This document shows positions 38,421-52,991 of a DNA stretch of 64,000 bases, one piece after another. This DNA is from Piromyces finnis finn (lineage: Eukaryota; Fungi; Neocallimastigomycota): the NCBI GenBank assembly GCA_002104945.1, contig MCFH01000059.1, positions 124,001 through 188,000 of the forward strand, given 5' to 3'. Every line of letters begins with the position of its first letter. The first letter of the stretch is position 1. The position numbers were made by a program, and so were the translations under genes. The notes beneath the pieces were generated by a model. It was not told the DNA's origin, ran no database searches, and was given only the letters and a program-made list of their open reading frames with translations.

Positions 38421-41400
38421 ATGACATATTCAGATATTCAAGAACTTTGTAAATATCGGGAATTCAAAGAAATATATACTGAAGAAAAATTGATTGAAGA
38501 GAATCTCCATATGAAGCGATATCAAATTTTACCTGTACGATATATGACAAATGAAAATGAAATAGCTAAAAGATTTCTAATTTATCATTCGCCGGGTACT
38601 GGGAAATCATTTACAGCTCTATGGATTTTATTGAATTTCATTGATATTTATAAAAAACCAAGTATTATATTGGTAAAAAGTAAAGAGGCCATTATGGAAT
38701 TTAAACAGAGAGTCGCGTTATGGTACGCTTACACATACAATTATCGTCAACCTCCAACCGGTATTACCAATTATCACCAATTTATAAAAAGATACATCGA
38801 ATTTCATACCTACATTACTTTTTGTAAATCCGTTGAAACCATAAAAGATATTTCGTTATATGAAAATAGGCTTTTAATCATTGACGAAATACACCATTTT
38901 CGAAATACAGTTGGTAATAAAATTATATATAATAAATTACTTAAATTTTTAAATAACATAAAAGATTCGAGAGTCTTATTTATGTCGGCTACTCCGATTT
39001 TCGATAATTATAATGAAATAACAAGTTTAGTAAAATTAATAAAACCTGATTTTGATTTCAGTATTAAAATAACACCGAAAAAATTGGAAGAAATAATGAA
39101 AGGTCATGTATCGTATTATGGATTAAATCCACCGGACACATCAGTTAATTTTATAGGTTCTCATGTGCCAAGAATTGAACGCTTTAAAATATTTAAAGTT
39201 TCCATGAAAGGATTGCAACTTGAAAATTACAAAACGTTAGCTAGTGAAACAAAAAGTATATGCAACATTGGAATTAGTCATGTGAAAGCAACGCTTGGTG
39301 TAATTGGTTTTAAAGAAGAGGATTCACACGATAATTATGATGAAAGTTCATCTAACAATATTTCAGATAATAATAATGATGAAAATATTTCTATTTCCAT
39401 TTCAAATGATGATGATAATGAAAATTTTTCTGACAATATGTCAGATGATAAAAATAACGATAATGATTCTGACAATATTTTAAATGATGTTAATAACGAT
39501 GATTCTAATAACAACAAAAATAATAATAATAATAATTCAGAAGATAATAATAATAATAATAATAATAATTCAGATGATCGATACATTTTAAAAAATGAAA
39601 ATATTATTAATAGTAACAGTATTATTCAGAATATTATAAGAAAACAATCAAAGAAACTTGAAAATTACTGCTGTAAATTACATGAATGCCTTAAAATCAT
39701 TAATAGTGAAAATAGTCCGGATGGTCCTGTTTTTATTTACTGTAATATTATTGATGAAGTAGGTATTTATTATTTTGCTGCATTACTCTGTGAAATGGGC
39801 TATAAATACATTTATGATAAAAAATCAGCATTAAAATTTGGACAAAAGTTATCTTTAAATGAAAATATTAACTATCCGGAATTAAAAGAAATGCGAATAA
39901 ACAGAAACAAGAAAAAATGGAATTTTACCTTTGTTACCGGAGATAAGAGACTATGCCCAAACGTTATGGAACGCTTAGGCATATTTAATGATACAAGTAA
40001 TAGAAATGGTACAACTATTAAAGTACTTCTTGGAAGTGATATATTATCGGAAAGTGTAGATATCATGAATATTCGCCAATTACACATATTGACACCGCAC
40101 TGGAATTATGAAAAAATTAACCAAATTATCGGCCGAATTCGTAGAGTGGGATCTCATGACGCTTTACCACCACACCAAAGAAATGTTAATATTTATCTAT
40201 ACATGGCTTATAACAGTGATCATGAATGCGAATATGAAAATTCGATAAATTACAGCATTGATTATGTTAAGTATATTATTAGCGAAAAAAAGTATAATCA
40301 AGCTTTAATGTATAACAATGCCTTACGAAATGCTTCCATTGAGTCTTTAATATGTGATAATCAGTCAGAAATTAATTCTAATAATACCAACACCAACACC
40401 GATACCATAGACAATTTTCAATATTCCAAAAACTATCTACGTAAAACTCTACCGATATACCTTTCCATAGCATGCAATGAATTTAAAAGTGTATTCGATT
40501 CATCTACCTGCTGCTATATAAGTGTAAACGATTTCAGAAAAAGAGTACCCCTATTAAATACCTTTATAATGAATAAAATTATTGAAATAATTAAATCTAA
40601 AAATATTATTATTAATGAAAAAAATTTAGAATATTCATGTGCCTTATTTTTCCTTGAATCTGTCCCAAATGTCCATTTTTGTAATAGCGCTAATGTAAGT
40701 ATAAGCAACCCATCACTTAGTATGCTTACTCACTACAATCCTAACTACTCTGCATACACACCAAAAAAAATAGCGTCCAAAAAGCACAAAGATAAAATTA
40801 TCGAATATAACCCTCAAAATGATAACCAACTCAGTAAAGCTTTGTTAAATACCGAAAATTCTGAAATTGTAATGAAAATAAAAAATATGGAAGATCTTTT
40901 AAATAGTAAATTAATAAAAGAATTTTACGACAGTATATCTCAACTTACACACACAGAAATCCTCGACATTTTAAAATATAGTCTTAAAAATGATTTAAAG
41001 AATTTTAAACAATTATTAAGTCCTTACTGGATGGAATATAAAGAATTATTTTATATTTTATATTTTTCGAGCATTAAAAATTCCTCTTATGCTAGTAACA
41101 AAAAACGTTCCATTAACGATTTTAGTAATATGATCATGTATAGCGATAGAAATTTTGAAAATTGGACTCTATTGAAGAATAAGGAATTGAAAAATTTATC
41201 CATTGTATTTCAGCGTCATTACAATGAAAAAACATCTATACGCATTAATAATCGTCTAAAGTATGTTTATGTATTATGTAATGATTTCACCCTTCGTTAT
41301 CGTGACTTGCGCAGTGACTTGAATCTTTATTCGAAAAAAGAAGATGATTCTAATAATCTTAGGAATATAAATCGTGGTAGAAATATTGATAATTTTTATG

Positions 41401-41738
41401 ACAAAAAGGAATTGATAGAAAGGTTAGTATACTCGGTATGTTTTGACAATCTTGAAGATGAATTGTCTTTAATAGAAAACTATAAAAAAATATCTGTTTC
41501 GGACATTACCGATTTACTTGAAAATAACACCAATGAAAACACTGATTTAATTGAATATATATTAAATGTTGTAACTAATGATAACATAAATGAATATTGT
41601 AGTAAAAGACCTTATCAAGCATTTTTATTATATACATTACTTTCTTCAATACCATATTTAATTAAAACAACAAGGTATAATATTATTGATGTTTGGAAAA
41701 AGTATTTATTTACTTATAATTTAATAGTTGTTTTATAA
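38421..41738 (+). CDS. NCLDV-type SF2 helicase, poxvirus D6/D11 (early transcription factor/NPH-I)-like
   Basis: Walker A LIYHSPGTGKS, Walker B IIDEIHH, motif III MSATPIFDN, GPVFIY, LLGSDILSESVD, and WNYEKINQIIGRIRRVGSH, the motif V-VI signature of D6/D11-like helicases. 1105 aa, intronless. Confidence 0.85.
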   Translation: MTYSDIQELCKYREFKEIYTEEKLIEENLHMKRYQILPVRYMTNENEIAKRFLIYHSPGTGKSFTALWILLNFIDIYKKPSIILVKSKEAIMEFKQRVALWYAYTYNYRQPPTGITNYHQFIKRYIEFHTYITFCKSVETIKDISLYENRLLIIDEIHHFRNTVGNKIIYNKLLKFLNNIKDSRVLFMSATPIFDNYNEITSLVKLIKPDFDFSIKITPKKLEEIMKGHVSYYGLNPPDTSVNFIGSHVPRIERFKIFKVSMKGLQLENYKTLASETKSICNIGISHVKATLGVIGFKEEDSHDNYDESSSNNISDNNNDENISISISNDDDNENFSDNMSDDKNNDNDSDNILNDVNNDDSNNNKNNNNNNSEDNNNNNNNNSDDRYILKNENIINSNSIIQNIIRKQSKKLENYCCKLHECLKIINSENSPDGPVFIYCNIIDEVGIYYFAALLCEMGYKYIYDKKSALKFGQKLSLNENINYPELKEMRINRNKKKWNFTFVTGDKRLCPNVMERLGIFNDTSNRNGTTIKVLLGSDILSESVDIMNIRQLHILTPHWNYEKINQIIGRIRRVGSHDALPPHQRNVNIYLYMAYNSDHECEYENSINYSIDYVKYIISEKKYNQALMYNNALRNASIESLICDNQSEINSNNTNTNTDTIDNFQYSKNYLRKTLPIYLSIACNEFKSVFDSSTCCYISVNDFRKRVPLLNTFIMNKIIEIIKSKNIIINEKNLEYSCALFFLESVPNVHFCNSANVSISNPSLSMLTHYNPNYSAYTPKKIASKKHKDKIIEYNPQNDNQLSKALLNTENSEIVMKIKNMEDLLNSKLIKEFYDSISQLTHTEILDILKYSLKNDLKNFKQLLSPYWMEYKELFYILYFSSIKNSSYASNKKRSINDFSNMIMYSDRNFENWTLLKNKELKNLSIVFQRHYNEKTSIRINNRLKYVYVLCNDFTLRYRDLRSDLNLYSKKEDDSNNLRNINRGRNIDNFYDKKELIERLVYSVCFDNLEDELSLIENYKKISVSDITDLLENNTNENTDLIEYILNVVTNDNINEYCSKRPYQAFLLYTLLSSIPYLIKTTRYNIIDVWKKYLFTYNLIVVL

Positions 41739-42052
41739 TTTAAAATATAATTTAAAATATATTTAAAAATATAATTAAAACTTTACTTTTCTTTTATTGT
41801 TTAGACTAAATATTTTTTTAAAAAATTAAAAAATAAATAAATAAACCTTTTTTTATTATCTTTAATTATTAATTGGTAAAAAAAATTAACAAATTTACTG
41901 AATTATTACAAATTTAGCAAAATAATACTTTTAATTCTTATTTATATTATTATTTATTTAGTTATTTATATATATAGGAATAGAAAAAAATAGAAGATTT
42001 TACATAAATTATATAATATTAAATAGTTTTAATTTTTTATAATATTAAATAG

Positions 42053-44148
42053 TTTGGTATGTTACAGCAAAAGGTTCTTTTATTGGAGATGCTTTTAAGA
42101 GAGCAGAACTTTTTGAGTTGACGGATAATGAAATACCAACTTTTGATATAAAAATATCAGATGAAGAATTTAAAGCCTTAACATTGGAAGGTCAAAAAGG
42201 TGCAGCAGCTGCTAATGTTCCAGAGGAAGAAGAATTAAAAATTAAAGATGGTGTATTAAAAGTTGATTTAAATGGGTAAAATACAATAGAATATTATTTA
42301 ATAATAATAAAAGTTTAACCGAAAAATATTTTTTATAAATTTTTTTATTTAATGGTCGAAAAAATATTAAAAAGTTATTCAAGATACCTATAATAAATTG
42401 TTCACTTTTATTTTGTTAATATATATAATATTTTTATAAAAAAAAATTATGATATTGTATATTCAAATTAAAATTTATAAAATAAATTAACCCAATTTTT
42501 ATTTGTATTTAATATATATTAAAAAAAAAAAAAAAAAAGAAAAGAAAAAATATTTAAAAAAATAACTCTTTCTATTGGTGGTAATTCCTCTCGCGGTTTC
42601 GGTAAACAAGGTTATAATATCAAAATTAGAGGTAAAGGAGATTTATACGGACGTACTCAAATAAGACTTCGTCCAGATGCACGTGAACCAACTTATTTAA
42701 GATCAAAGTTATCTTGTGATATTCATAATCGTTTAGGATTATCATCCATTTCATCTAATTATGCCACATTATACATTAATGATGAATTTATGGGATTATA
42801 CGTTTTAATGGATTCAATTAACTTGTCTTGGATAAAATATGTCTATGGTGAAAATGATACTACCAGTTTATATCAATGTAAAAATGTTAAAAATGATTTA
42901 TCTCTTGAAAAATCAGCTACAGGTTGTATTAATAAAAATGAAGAAGTTTTGGATAATACCCAATGGATCGAGTTTTTAACTACTATTAGTAAGGCACAAT
43001 CTGCTGAAGATCTTGAAGCAATTTTTGATATTGATACTTTTTTAACTGAAATGGCATTTGAATATTTAGTTGGATCGTATGATCATTTTACAAATTTTGG
43101 TCATAATTATTATTTATATAAACCTCAAAATGATAAATGGAAAATTCTTTTATACGATTACGATAGTGAATTTGGTCAAGAAATTGCCATGGGTATTAAT
43201 AGAGTTAAAAATAATCAAGGCAATAATAGCACGGATTACACTAGTTTTACTTTTGCCCAAACAACCAGAGATATTCACTTGGTAGATGTTTTAATTTTAA
43301 ATAATTCCACTCGTTTCAACACTATTTTGAAGAATGTTGTTGAAAAAGTTTTTAATCCAGCTACCCTTTTCCCAAGAATTGATGAATTGAAAGAAATGAT
43401 TAGACCTTATGTTGAAAAAGATAAAATTCCAAATGAACAAGGTAAATACCCAGGAAAACTTAATGAAAAATCGGATCATTACTCTTTAGCTCAATGGGAT
43501 GCCAATTGTGAATTTACAAATGTTAAAAGTATTCATAGTGGTACCAAGGCATATGGTTTAAAATATTGGATTCTTGCTAAATATAGATATGTTTGTCAAT
43601 CCCTTAAAATGGAATGTGACTCTACCTATTTAGATGAAAATTACGCCTATTCTATAGATACTTCTGTAGAACTTTCAGGTGAAGATATATTTTCTGGAAT
43701 GGATAATCTTCTACCACCACCACCAACAACAACAACAACAAATCAAACTCCAACAGAAACTAAAATTGAAAACCCAACTCAAACCACTACTAATGTCATT
43801 TCAAAACCATCAGAAAATACAACAACAACATCATCATCATTACCCCCAACATCAACACCAACATCAAAGCAATATCAATGTTGGTCTGAACTCATAGGTT
43901 ATCCATGTTGTGATCCAAAGAATAATGTTGTCTATTCACATGATAGCTATGGTGAATGGGGATATAATTTTAAAACACAAATGTGGTGTGGACTTACAGC
44001 ATTTGAAGAACATGAAAATGATGAAGAATGTTGGTCGGAAGAATATGGTTATCCTTGTTGTTTGGGTTGTACCGTATATGAAACGGATGATCAAGGTCAT
44101 TGGGGTTATGAAAATAACCACTGGTGTGGTATTCAATCATTTTGTTAG
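42053..44148 (+). CDS. cotH: CotH kinase-family protein with two C-terminal fungal dockerins (cellulosome component); intron 42276-42539; true start not found
   Basis: Exon 42053-42275 (WYVTAKGSFIGDAFKRAELFELTDNEIPTF) splices to KITLSIGGNSSR..KQGYNIKI..LRPDAREPTYLRSKL..YINDEFMGLY..YDHF..HNYYLY..YDYD. Thr linker; dockerins CWSELIGYPCC..WGY..WCG and CWSEEYGYPCC..WGYENNHWCG. Confidence 0.9.
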
Positions 44149-44690
44149 ATTATTTTATTATTTTTTTTTTTTTTTATATTTTTTAGAATATAGTATATAT
44201 ATATATATATATAAAATAAACTTTATTTTATTCATAATTTATTTGATCATTAAAAATTAAATGAAAAGATAAAAAGCAAAAAAAAAAAAAAAAATGTAAT
44301 GCTTTGTATTTATTTAAAAATTATATCTATAAAGCCTTTTTTTTAAAGAAAATAATATAATTAAATTATATAATTTTAAAATAAAAAAAAAAAAAAAATA
44401 GAAATTTAATAAAGTATAAATTATATAAAAGTTACCATTATTTATTTTTTATAATATTCTTACAAAGTTATTATCATTAATTTTTTTTTTTTTTTTTTTT
44501 ATAAATATTTTGTTGTTGTTTATTATTTACATTTTTTTGTATTGATATGAAATTATATTATATATAGAAACTTTTTTAAAAAAAGCATTGTATTTCATTT
44601 AGATCAGTTCACTTTTTTATTAGATGTCTTAATTCCAATAATTGGATATATAAATAATAGATATTTATTTTTTTATACGGGAGTGGCTAT

Positions 44691-46576
<1,886 letters not shown>

Positions 46577-47520
46577 TTCGATATATAATATCAAAGTTTT
46601 TCTTTTTTTTTTTTTTATTTTATTTTTTAAAAAAAAATTGAAAAATTAAATAAAAATTTTTAACTAAAATTAAATATTTTTTTTTTATTTTATTGGTTTA
46701 CCAAAATATAAATTTTTTTTTTTTATTTTTTTTTTTTTTTTATTGGAAATAAATATAAAAAAAATATTTTTAAAAGTTTTTTTTTTTTTTCCCTTTCTTA
46801 TTTAAATTACTAGTATAAATAGTTTAAGCTTTTTTCTTTTTCTATTGTAAAAAAAAAAAAAAAAAATATAGATTGAATTTATTTAATGGAATTTTTTCAT
46901 TTTTTTTCCGCATATTAACAAATAGTTAATGATCCATTAATAATTATAATTAGTAATATATTAAATTAAATAAATGCAAATTTTAATTTAATTATTTTTG
47001 ATGGATAAAACTGTTAAATTAATTAAAAAAAAAAAAAAGTTTTATCCAAATAAGGAAAAATTGTAATGCTAACCATTGAACCTTTCACTTTTTTCAATAA
47101 TATGAAAAAATAGGAATATCCAAAATAGTAATAAGTTAGTACTACCAAATACCAAATACCAAATAGTAATTTTAATAATAAGTATATAATACTATCTACT
47201 ACTACTGATAATATTAAAATATCATAGAAATATAAAGAAAACTTTTATAATTGTTTTTTTTTTTATTTGATATTTTATACAAATATATTGACAATTTAAA
47301 GGATTTTTATTATTATTTTTCTTTTTTATATGCTTTATATATATATATATATTACATTTAATGATTTTATATTATGTGCTGTATTTAATTACATTTAAAA
47401 AATAACAATTAAAAGGTTTTTGATTTTTTGTGAATTATTATAATTTCCTTTGGTTATATTATAATCTATTGTTATTCTTTGATGTTTTAGTAATATGATT
47501 TTTAATTTTTAATTTTTATT

Positions 47521-49175
47521 TTAAAAATCACCCATATCTGGGAAAAGATCTAAACCTGGTAAAGGTTTATCATAGACATCTCTGTGTCTAATAGTAATAG
47601 CATTAATTTTTTCAAAATCTTCTTTTGAAAGTTCAGTAATTTTGAAGTTTTCTTCAATTCTGGATGGAGTAACGGATTTTGGAATAACTTTTTTTTTTTT
47701 AAAATATAAATAAATAAATAAATATAACATTAGTATCCATTAATAACTTTTTTTTTATTTATTAAACTACTCTTTTTTTTTTTTTCATTTCTATTATCAT
47801 AGATTTAGTTTTTTTCCCCTTATTTTTTAGATGAAATAATAACTTACCAATAACATTTCTTTGAGCATTCCAGGAAAGAATAACTTGAGCTGGAGTCATA
47901 TTGTTCTTATTAGCAATTTCATGAATAACTGGATCAGCAAAAAGCTTAGATGCACGACCAAGTGGGCAGTAGGCTGTAACTTGAACATCATTATCTTGAC
48001 AGAATTTAACTAATTTATGTTGTGGAAGATATGGGTTGTTTTCAACCTATTATTATTATTATTTTTTTATTTTTATTTTAATGGAGTATTAATATTATAG
48101 AAAAATGAATTATAAAAATAATTTAGTAATGAATATTTTTAAAAGAAAAATATGAGTGTATAACTAAATAAAAATATCTTAACTATTTTATCAATATTTT
48201 ATAAAAAATATATATTATATATATATATTACTTGATTAACAGCTGGCTTAATTTCAGCCTTTTCTAATAAATCCTTTAACTTTTCAACATTAAAGTTAGA
48301 AACACCAATAGCCTTAGCTTTTCCAGATTTATATAATTTCTTTTTTTTTTTTTTTGAATATATTTTATTTAATATTTGTTAGTGAAAAAATGTTTTCTTT
48401 CTCCTTTAATTTATTATTACTCACTTCCATTTCTCTCCAGGTATCAATAATTGGAATGTCTTCAACATCTTTACCAAATTCTTCAGTTTCTGGCTTTTGA
48501 GCAATTGGCCAGTGAATTAAATAAAGATCAACATAGTCTAAATTTAAATCCTAAAATTATATTTATTTTTTTTTCGTTTTAATAGTTAATAATTGTTATA
48601 TTAAAAATAAAATATATATAATGATTTTTTTTAAATAAATAATAAATAGATAGATATAAATATATTTATATATATATAATATTTATAATTTTTTGTACTT
48701 TTAATGTAATATCAAGAGCTTTAGAAACGCATTCTGGACGATGGAAATTATTCCATAATTTTGAAGTAATAAAGATATCTTCACGTTTAAGTCCATTTTC
48801 TTTTAAACCTTCCTTAACACCTTGACCAACTTCATCTTCGTTTTGATCTATAATAAATAAATAGGAAAGTTTTCAATAATTTGTAAATACTTTGATGAAT
48901 GAATTTTTTAAATCATCATATGAATTTATTAATGGCTCTATCTTACAGTAATAAGCACAATCAATGTGTCTGTAACCAACACTAAGAGCTTTTTTAACAG
49001 CATTAGTAATATCTCCTGGTTCAGATAAAACTAAAGTATACAGTAAAAATAAAAAAAAAAATATATTAATCTTTTAAACTAATATTTATAATTAATATAT
49101 ATATTACATACAGGTTCCTAAACCAATAATTGGCATTTTAGCACCAGTGTTTAAAGTAACAGTTTTTTGGTTCAT
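47521..49175 (-). CDS. Aldo-keto reductase, tandem copy B
   Basis: Same motifs and intron positions as copy A; ends FPDMGDF*. Confidence 0.92.
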
Positions 49176-49449
49176 TTTTTTTTATTTTAAAATATTAATA
49201 AAATCTTAATAGATATTATTTTTATTTTTTTTTTATATATAAAGATTTGTTTAATTTTCTAATTAAAAAAAAAAACTTTTAAAAAAAATTTAATTTTATA
49301 TTTTTTAATTTAATTTTCTTAAATTTTATTGGTTAATTGACTTTTATATAATTGAATTAATAAAAAGTGTAAATAAAAAAAATAAAAAAAACTCTTTTCT
49401 CAATTCTTCTTAATAAATACTTTTAATAATTATAAAAATTTAGATAATG

Positions 49450-49485
<36 letters not shown>

Positions 49486-49512
49486 ATTTCAATAAATAAA
49501 AAAAAAAATATT

Positions 49513-49582
49513 AATCCGCTTATTTCAATGATTAAAAAAATATATATATATAAGCGGATTTAATTTTTATTTATCCGCTTAT
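49513..49582. promoter_or_regulatory. Cluster of three ATCCGCTTAT motifs (two form an 11-bp inverted repeat) upstream of AKR copy B
   Basis: aatccgcttat 49513-49523, ataagcggatt 49550-49560, atccgcttat 49573-49582, in otherwise near-pure AT DNA. Confidence 0.5.
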
Positions 49583-49802
49583 TAATAAATAAAAATATTA
49601 ATTTTTGAATTTAAGGTTTTATTTTCCTTTTTTAACTAAATTAAATTTTTGTAGATTTTTGTAGATGTAATTTACATGAAAATAAAGATTATTTTGTTAT
49701 TATTTATTATTAGAGTTCATTATTATTCCTTATGGTATAATTTAATTATACTTTTTTTTTTTTGTAATTTATTAACATTTTAATTTTTTTTTATTATATA
49801 TT

Positions 49803-51336
49803 TTAGAAATCACCCAAGTCTGGGAAAACCTTTAAAGCTTTTAATGCTTCAGGATCAACACCTCTTTGTCTAAAGGTAATACCACTGATTTTATCAAAAT
49901 CTTCCTTTGAAAGTTCAACAATTTTGAAATTTTCTTCAACTCTAGATGGGGTGACAGATTTTGGAATTACTATTATAAATCATAATATATAAATATAAAA
50001 TTTAATATTTACTAATTCCTTTTTATATAAAATACCTTATATTTTACATTTATAAAAAGGTATTTTAACTTACCAATTACATTTCTTTGAGCGTTCCATG
50101 AAAGAACAACTTGAGCTGGAGTCATATTGTTCTTTTTAGCAACTTCATTAACTACAGGATCATCAAGAAGTTTTGGATTGTTTGCACGACCAAGTGGACA
50201 ATAAGCTGTAACTTGAATATTGTTATCTTGACAATACTTAACTAATTTATGTTGAGGAAGGAATGGATTATTTTCAACCTTTGAATAAAATGTTTTATAT
50301 ATTTATTTTTTTTTTAAAAAAAAGTGAATATTAAAACTAAATATTTAAATATTAATGAAATATAAAATGGCATTACTTGATTAACAGCTGGTTTAATTTC
50401 AGCTTTTTCTAATAAATCCTCTAATCTACTAATATCCCAATTAGAAACACCAATAGCCTTTGCTTTTCCAGATTTATATAATTTCTTTATTACAATTATA
50501 TATACATATTATTATTATTATTATTATAAACCCGTGAATCCAATTAAATATTATGTATATATTATGTATATATTTTGTATAAATTATTTATAGGAAAACT
50601 TTAAATATTTTTTATTACATACTTCCATTTCTCTCCAGGTATCAATGAGTGGAACATCTTCGATATCTTGAGTAAAACCTCTACTATCTGGCTTTTCAGC
50701 AATTGGCCAATGAATTAAATAAAGATCAACATAGTCTAATTTTAAGTCCTAAATTATATATATATAATATATATTTTTAAAGATCGTAAAATAAATACGT
50801 ATAACTATAAATTAATTTTTTATTTTTTATTTTTTTTTACCTTTAATGTTTGTTCAAGACCTTTGGCAACTAATTCTGGACGATGGAAAGTATTCCATAA
50901 TTTTGAAGTAATGAAAATGTCTTCACGCTTAAGTCCATTTTCTTTTAAACCTTCTTGAATACCTTGTCCGACTTCTTTTTCATTATTATCTTTTTTTTAT
51001 TATTTTTTATTTTTGTTTTTATTATTGATATTATTTTATTATTACTATAATATTATTTTTATCAATAAAATATTTATATTGAAAAACTAATAAGAAAAAC
51101 TTACAACATAAAGCACAATCAATGTGTTTATATCCAGCTTTAAGAGCTGTTTTAACAGCATTAGTAACTTTTCCTGGTTCAGATAAAACTAATGATATTA
51201 TGTAAAAAAGAAATAAATTCAATAAATATATTTACAGTTCATAAAATATTTTAATAAATTAATGATTTTTACAAGTTCCTAAACCAATAATTGGCATCTT
51301 TGCGCCAGTATTTAAAGTAACAGTTCTTTGGTTCAT
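49803..51336 (-). CDS. Aldo-keto reductase, tandem copy C
   Basis: Same motifs and intron positions as copies A and B; ends FPDLGDF*. Confidence 0.92.
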
Positions 51337-52991
51337 TTTTTTTTTTTTTTTTGATAATTATAATGATATTTTAAAATTAAAAATTGTAAAAAGAATTTTT
51401 TCTTTAAAAAATTTAAATAAATTTAAAATATTTAATATTTATCGTTCTTTAATTTCATTGGTAAATTTTTAATTATATTATATGTGTATGGACCATTCTT
51501 TTTAATTTATATTAGTAAAACAAAAGGATGATATAGAGAAAATATAAAAAAGTCATCTTTTATATATAGAGAGGGGAGAGAGGATTTAATAGTATATTGA
51601 AACTTTTAAATAATAATTTTATATACCTCTTTTTATTATGAATGAAATTAAAAAATGTTAATTTTTATATAAAAATTGAAAAACAAATGTAATAAAAACA
51701 AATTTAATACTTTTATAACAGATACAAAAGGTTTTATATCATGAATAATGTTTTTAGCAGTAATTATATAGCTATTATTTATAGTAATAATTTAACTTTT
51801 ATTATTTTACAGTATAAATTACTAATAGTTTTTGTATATTAATAAAAAAGTATAATGTATTCTTAACATAATTGTTAAAGTTTTAAGAACTTCTTACAAA
51901 TAAATAAAAAAAGGAATTTGTTTTTATTTATATGTTAAAATTATATTTAAAAATACTTTGTTAATATGACAATACTAAATACTCTAAAATATTATAAATA
52001 TTTTATATAAAAATTATTTTAAAGTAATTCTTATAAAAGTTAACTATTATTTTACATTTATAATTTACTTTTTTTAGAAAAAAAAAAATTAAAAACTATT
52101 AAAATAAAAGAATATTTAATTAACAATAATTATATATATTTTAATTTTATTATAAATTAATTTTCGTTAGCGATACTTGAAGGTGATTTAAATAATTATA
52201 TATTTGTTGCTATGTCAATATTATAAGTTCATAGATGGATTAAAATAAAATAAAAAAAATATATATAAAAAAAAAGGAATAAAGTATATGAATATAAATA
52301 CGTAAAATAATAAAATGATGATGATATTTACAACTACTTAATATAATATATAATTTTTTGCCCAACCCTTCATTTATTATTTCATTATAATATTTTTTTT
52401 ATGTATTAATATATGTATATACACAGAATGTAAGTATTGAGTTTTACAGACAATGTTCCGGGAAATCAAGTTCCCTCCTCTTTTCTTTCAAACCTAATAC
52501 TTTATAGTTTAAATATTTTTTTGAATTTATTTATTTATCCATTATTAAAATTAAGAATTATATATTTAAAAAAAAAATCTCTTAGAATACTAAAATTTAA
52601 TATTTTTTTTAATGGGCAAAAAATTATATATTATATTAAATAGTATAAAATAGAATAATAATACAACATTGAATGTAATCAACAATACACATATACATAT
52701 ATATGTGTGTATATGTATATATATTTAATTAACAAATACAGAATATATATATACATCATACATCATAGTTTTAAAAACTAGATATTCATTATATATATAT
52801 GTCCGTGTAATTTATATATTTTATATTTATTTTTATATATTTATAAGTTGATCATTAACATGGACACCATTCATTACTAACTAAATAACGTACGTCCACT
52901 TATTTTCTAACTACATCTGTAATTCTTTTCTTTTATATTTCTACTTATAACTTTATAAATTGAATAATAAACTTGTAAGACGATTAATAAC

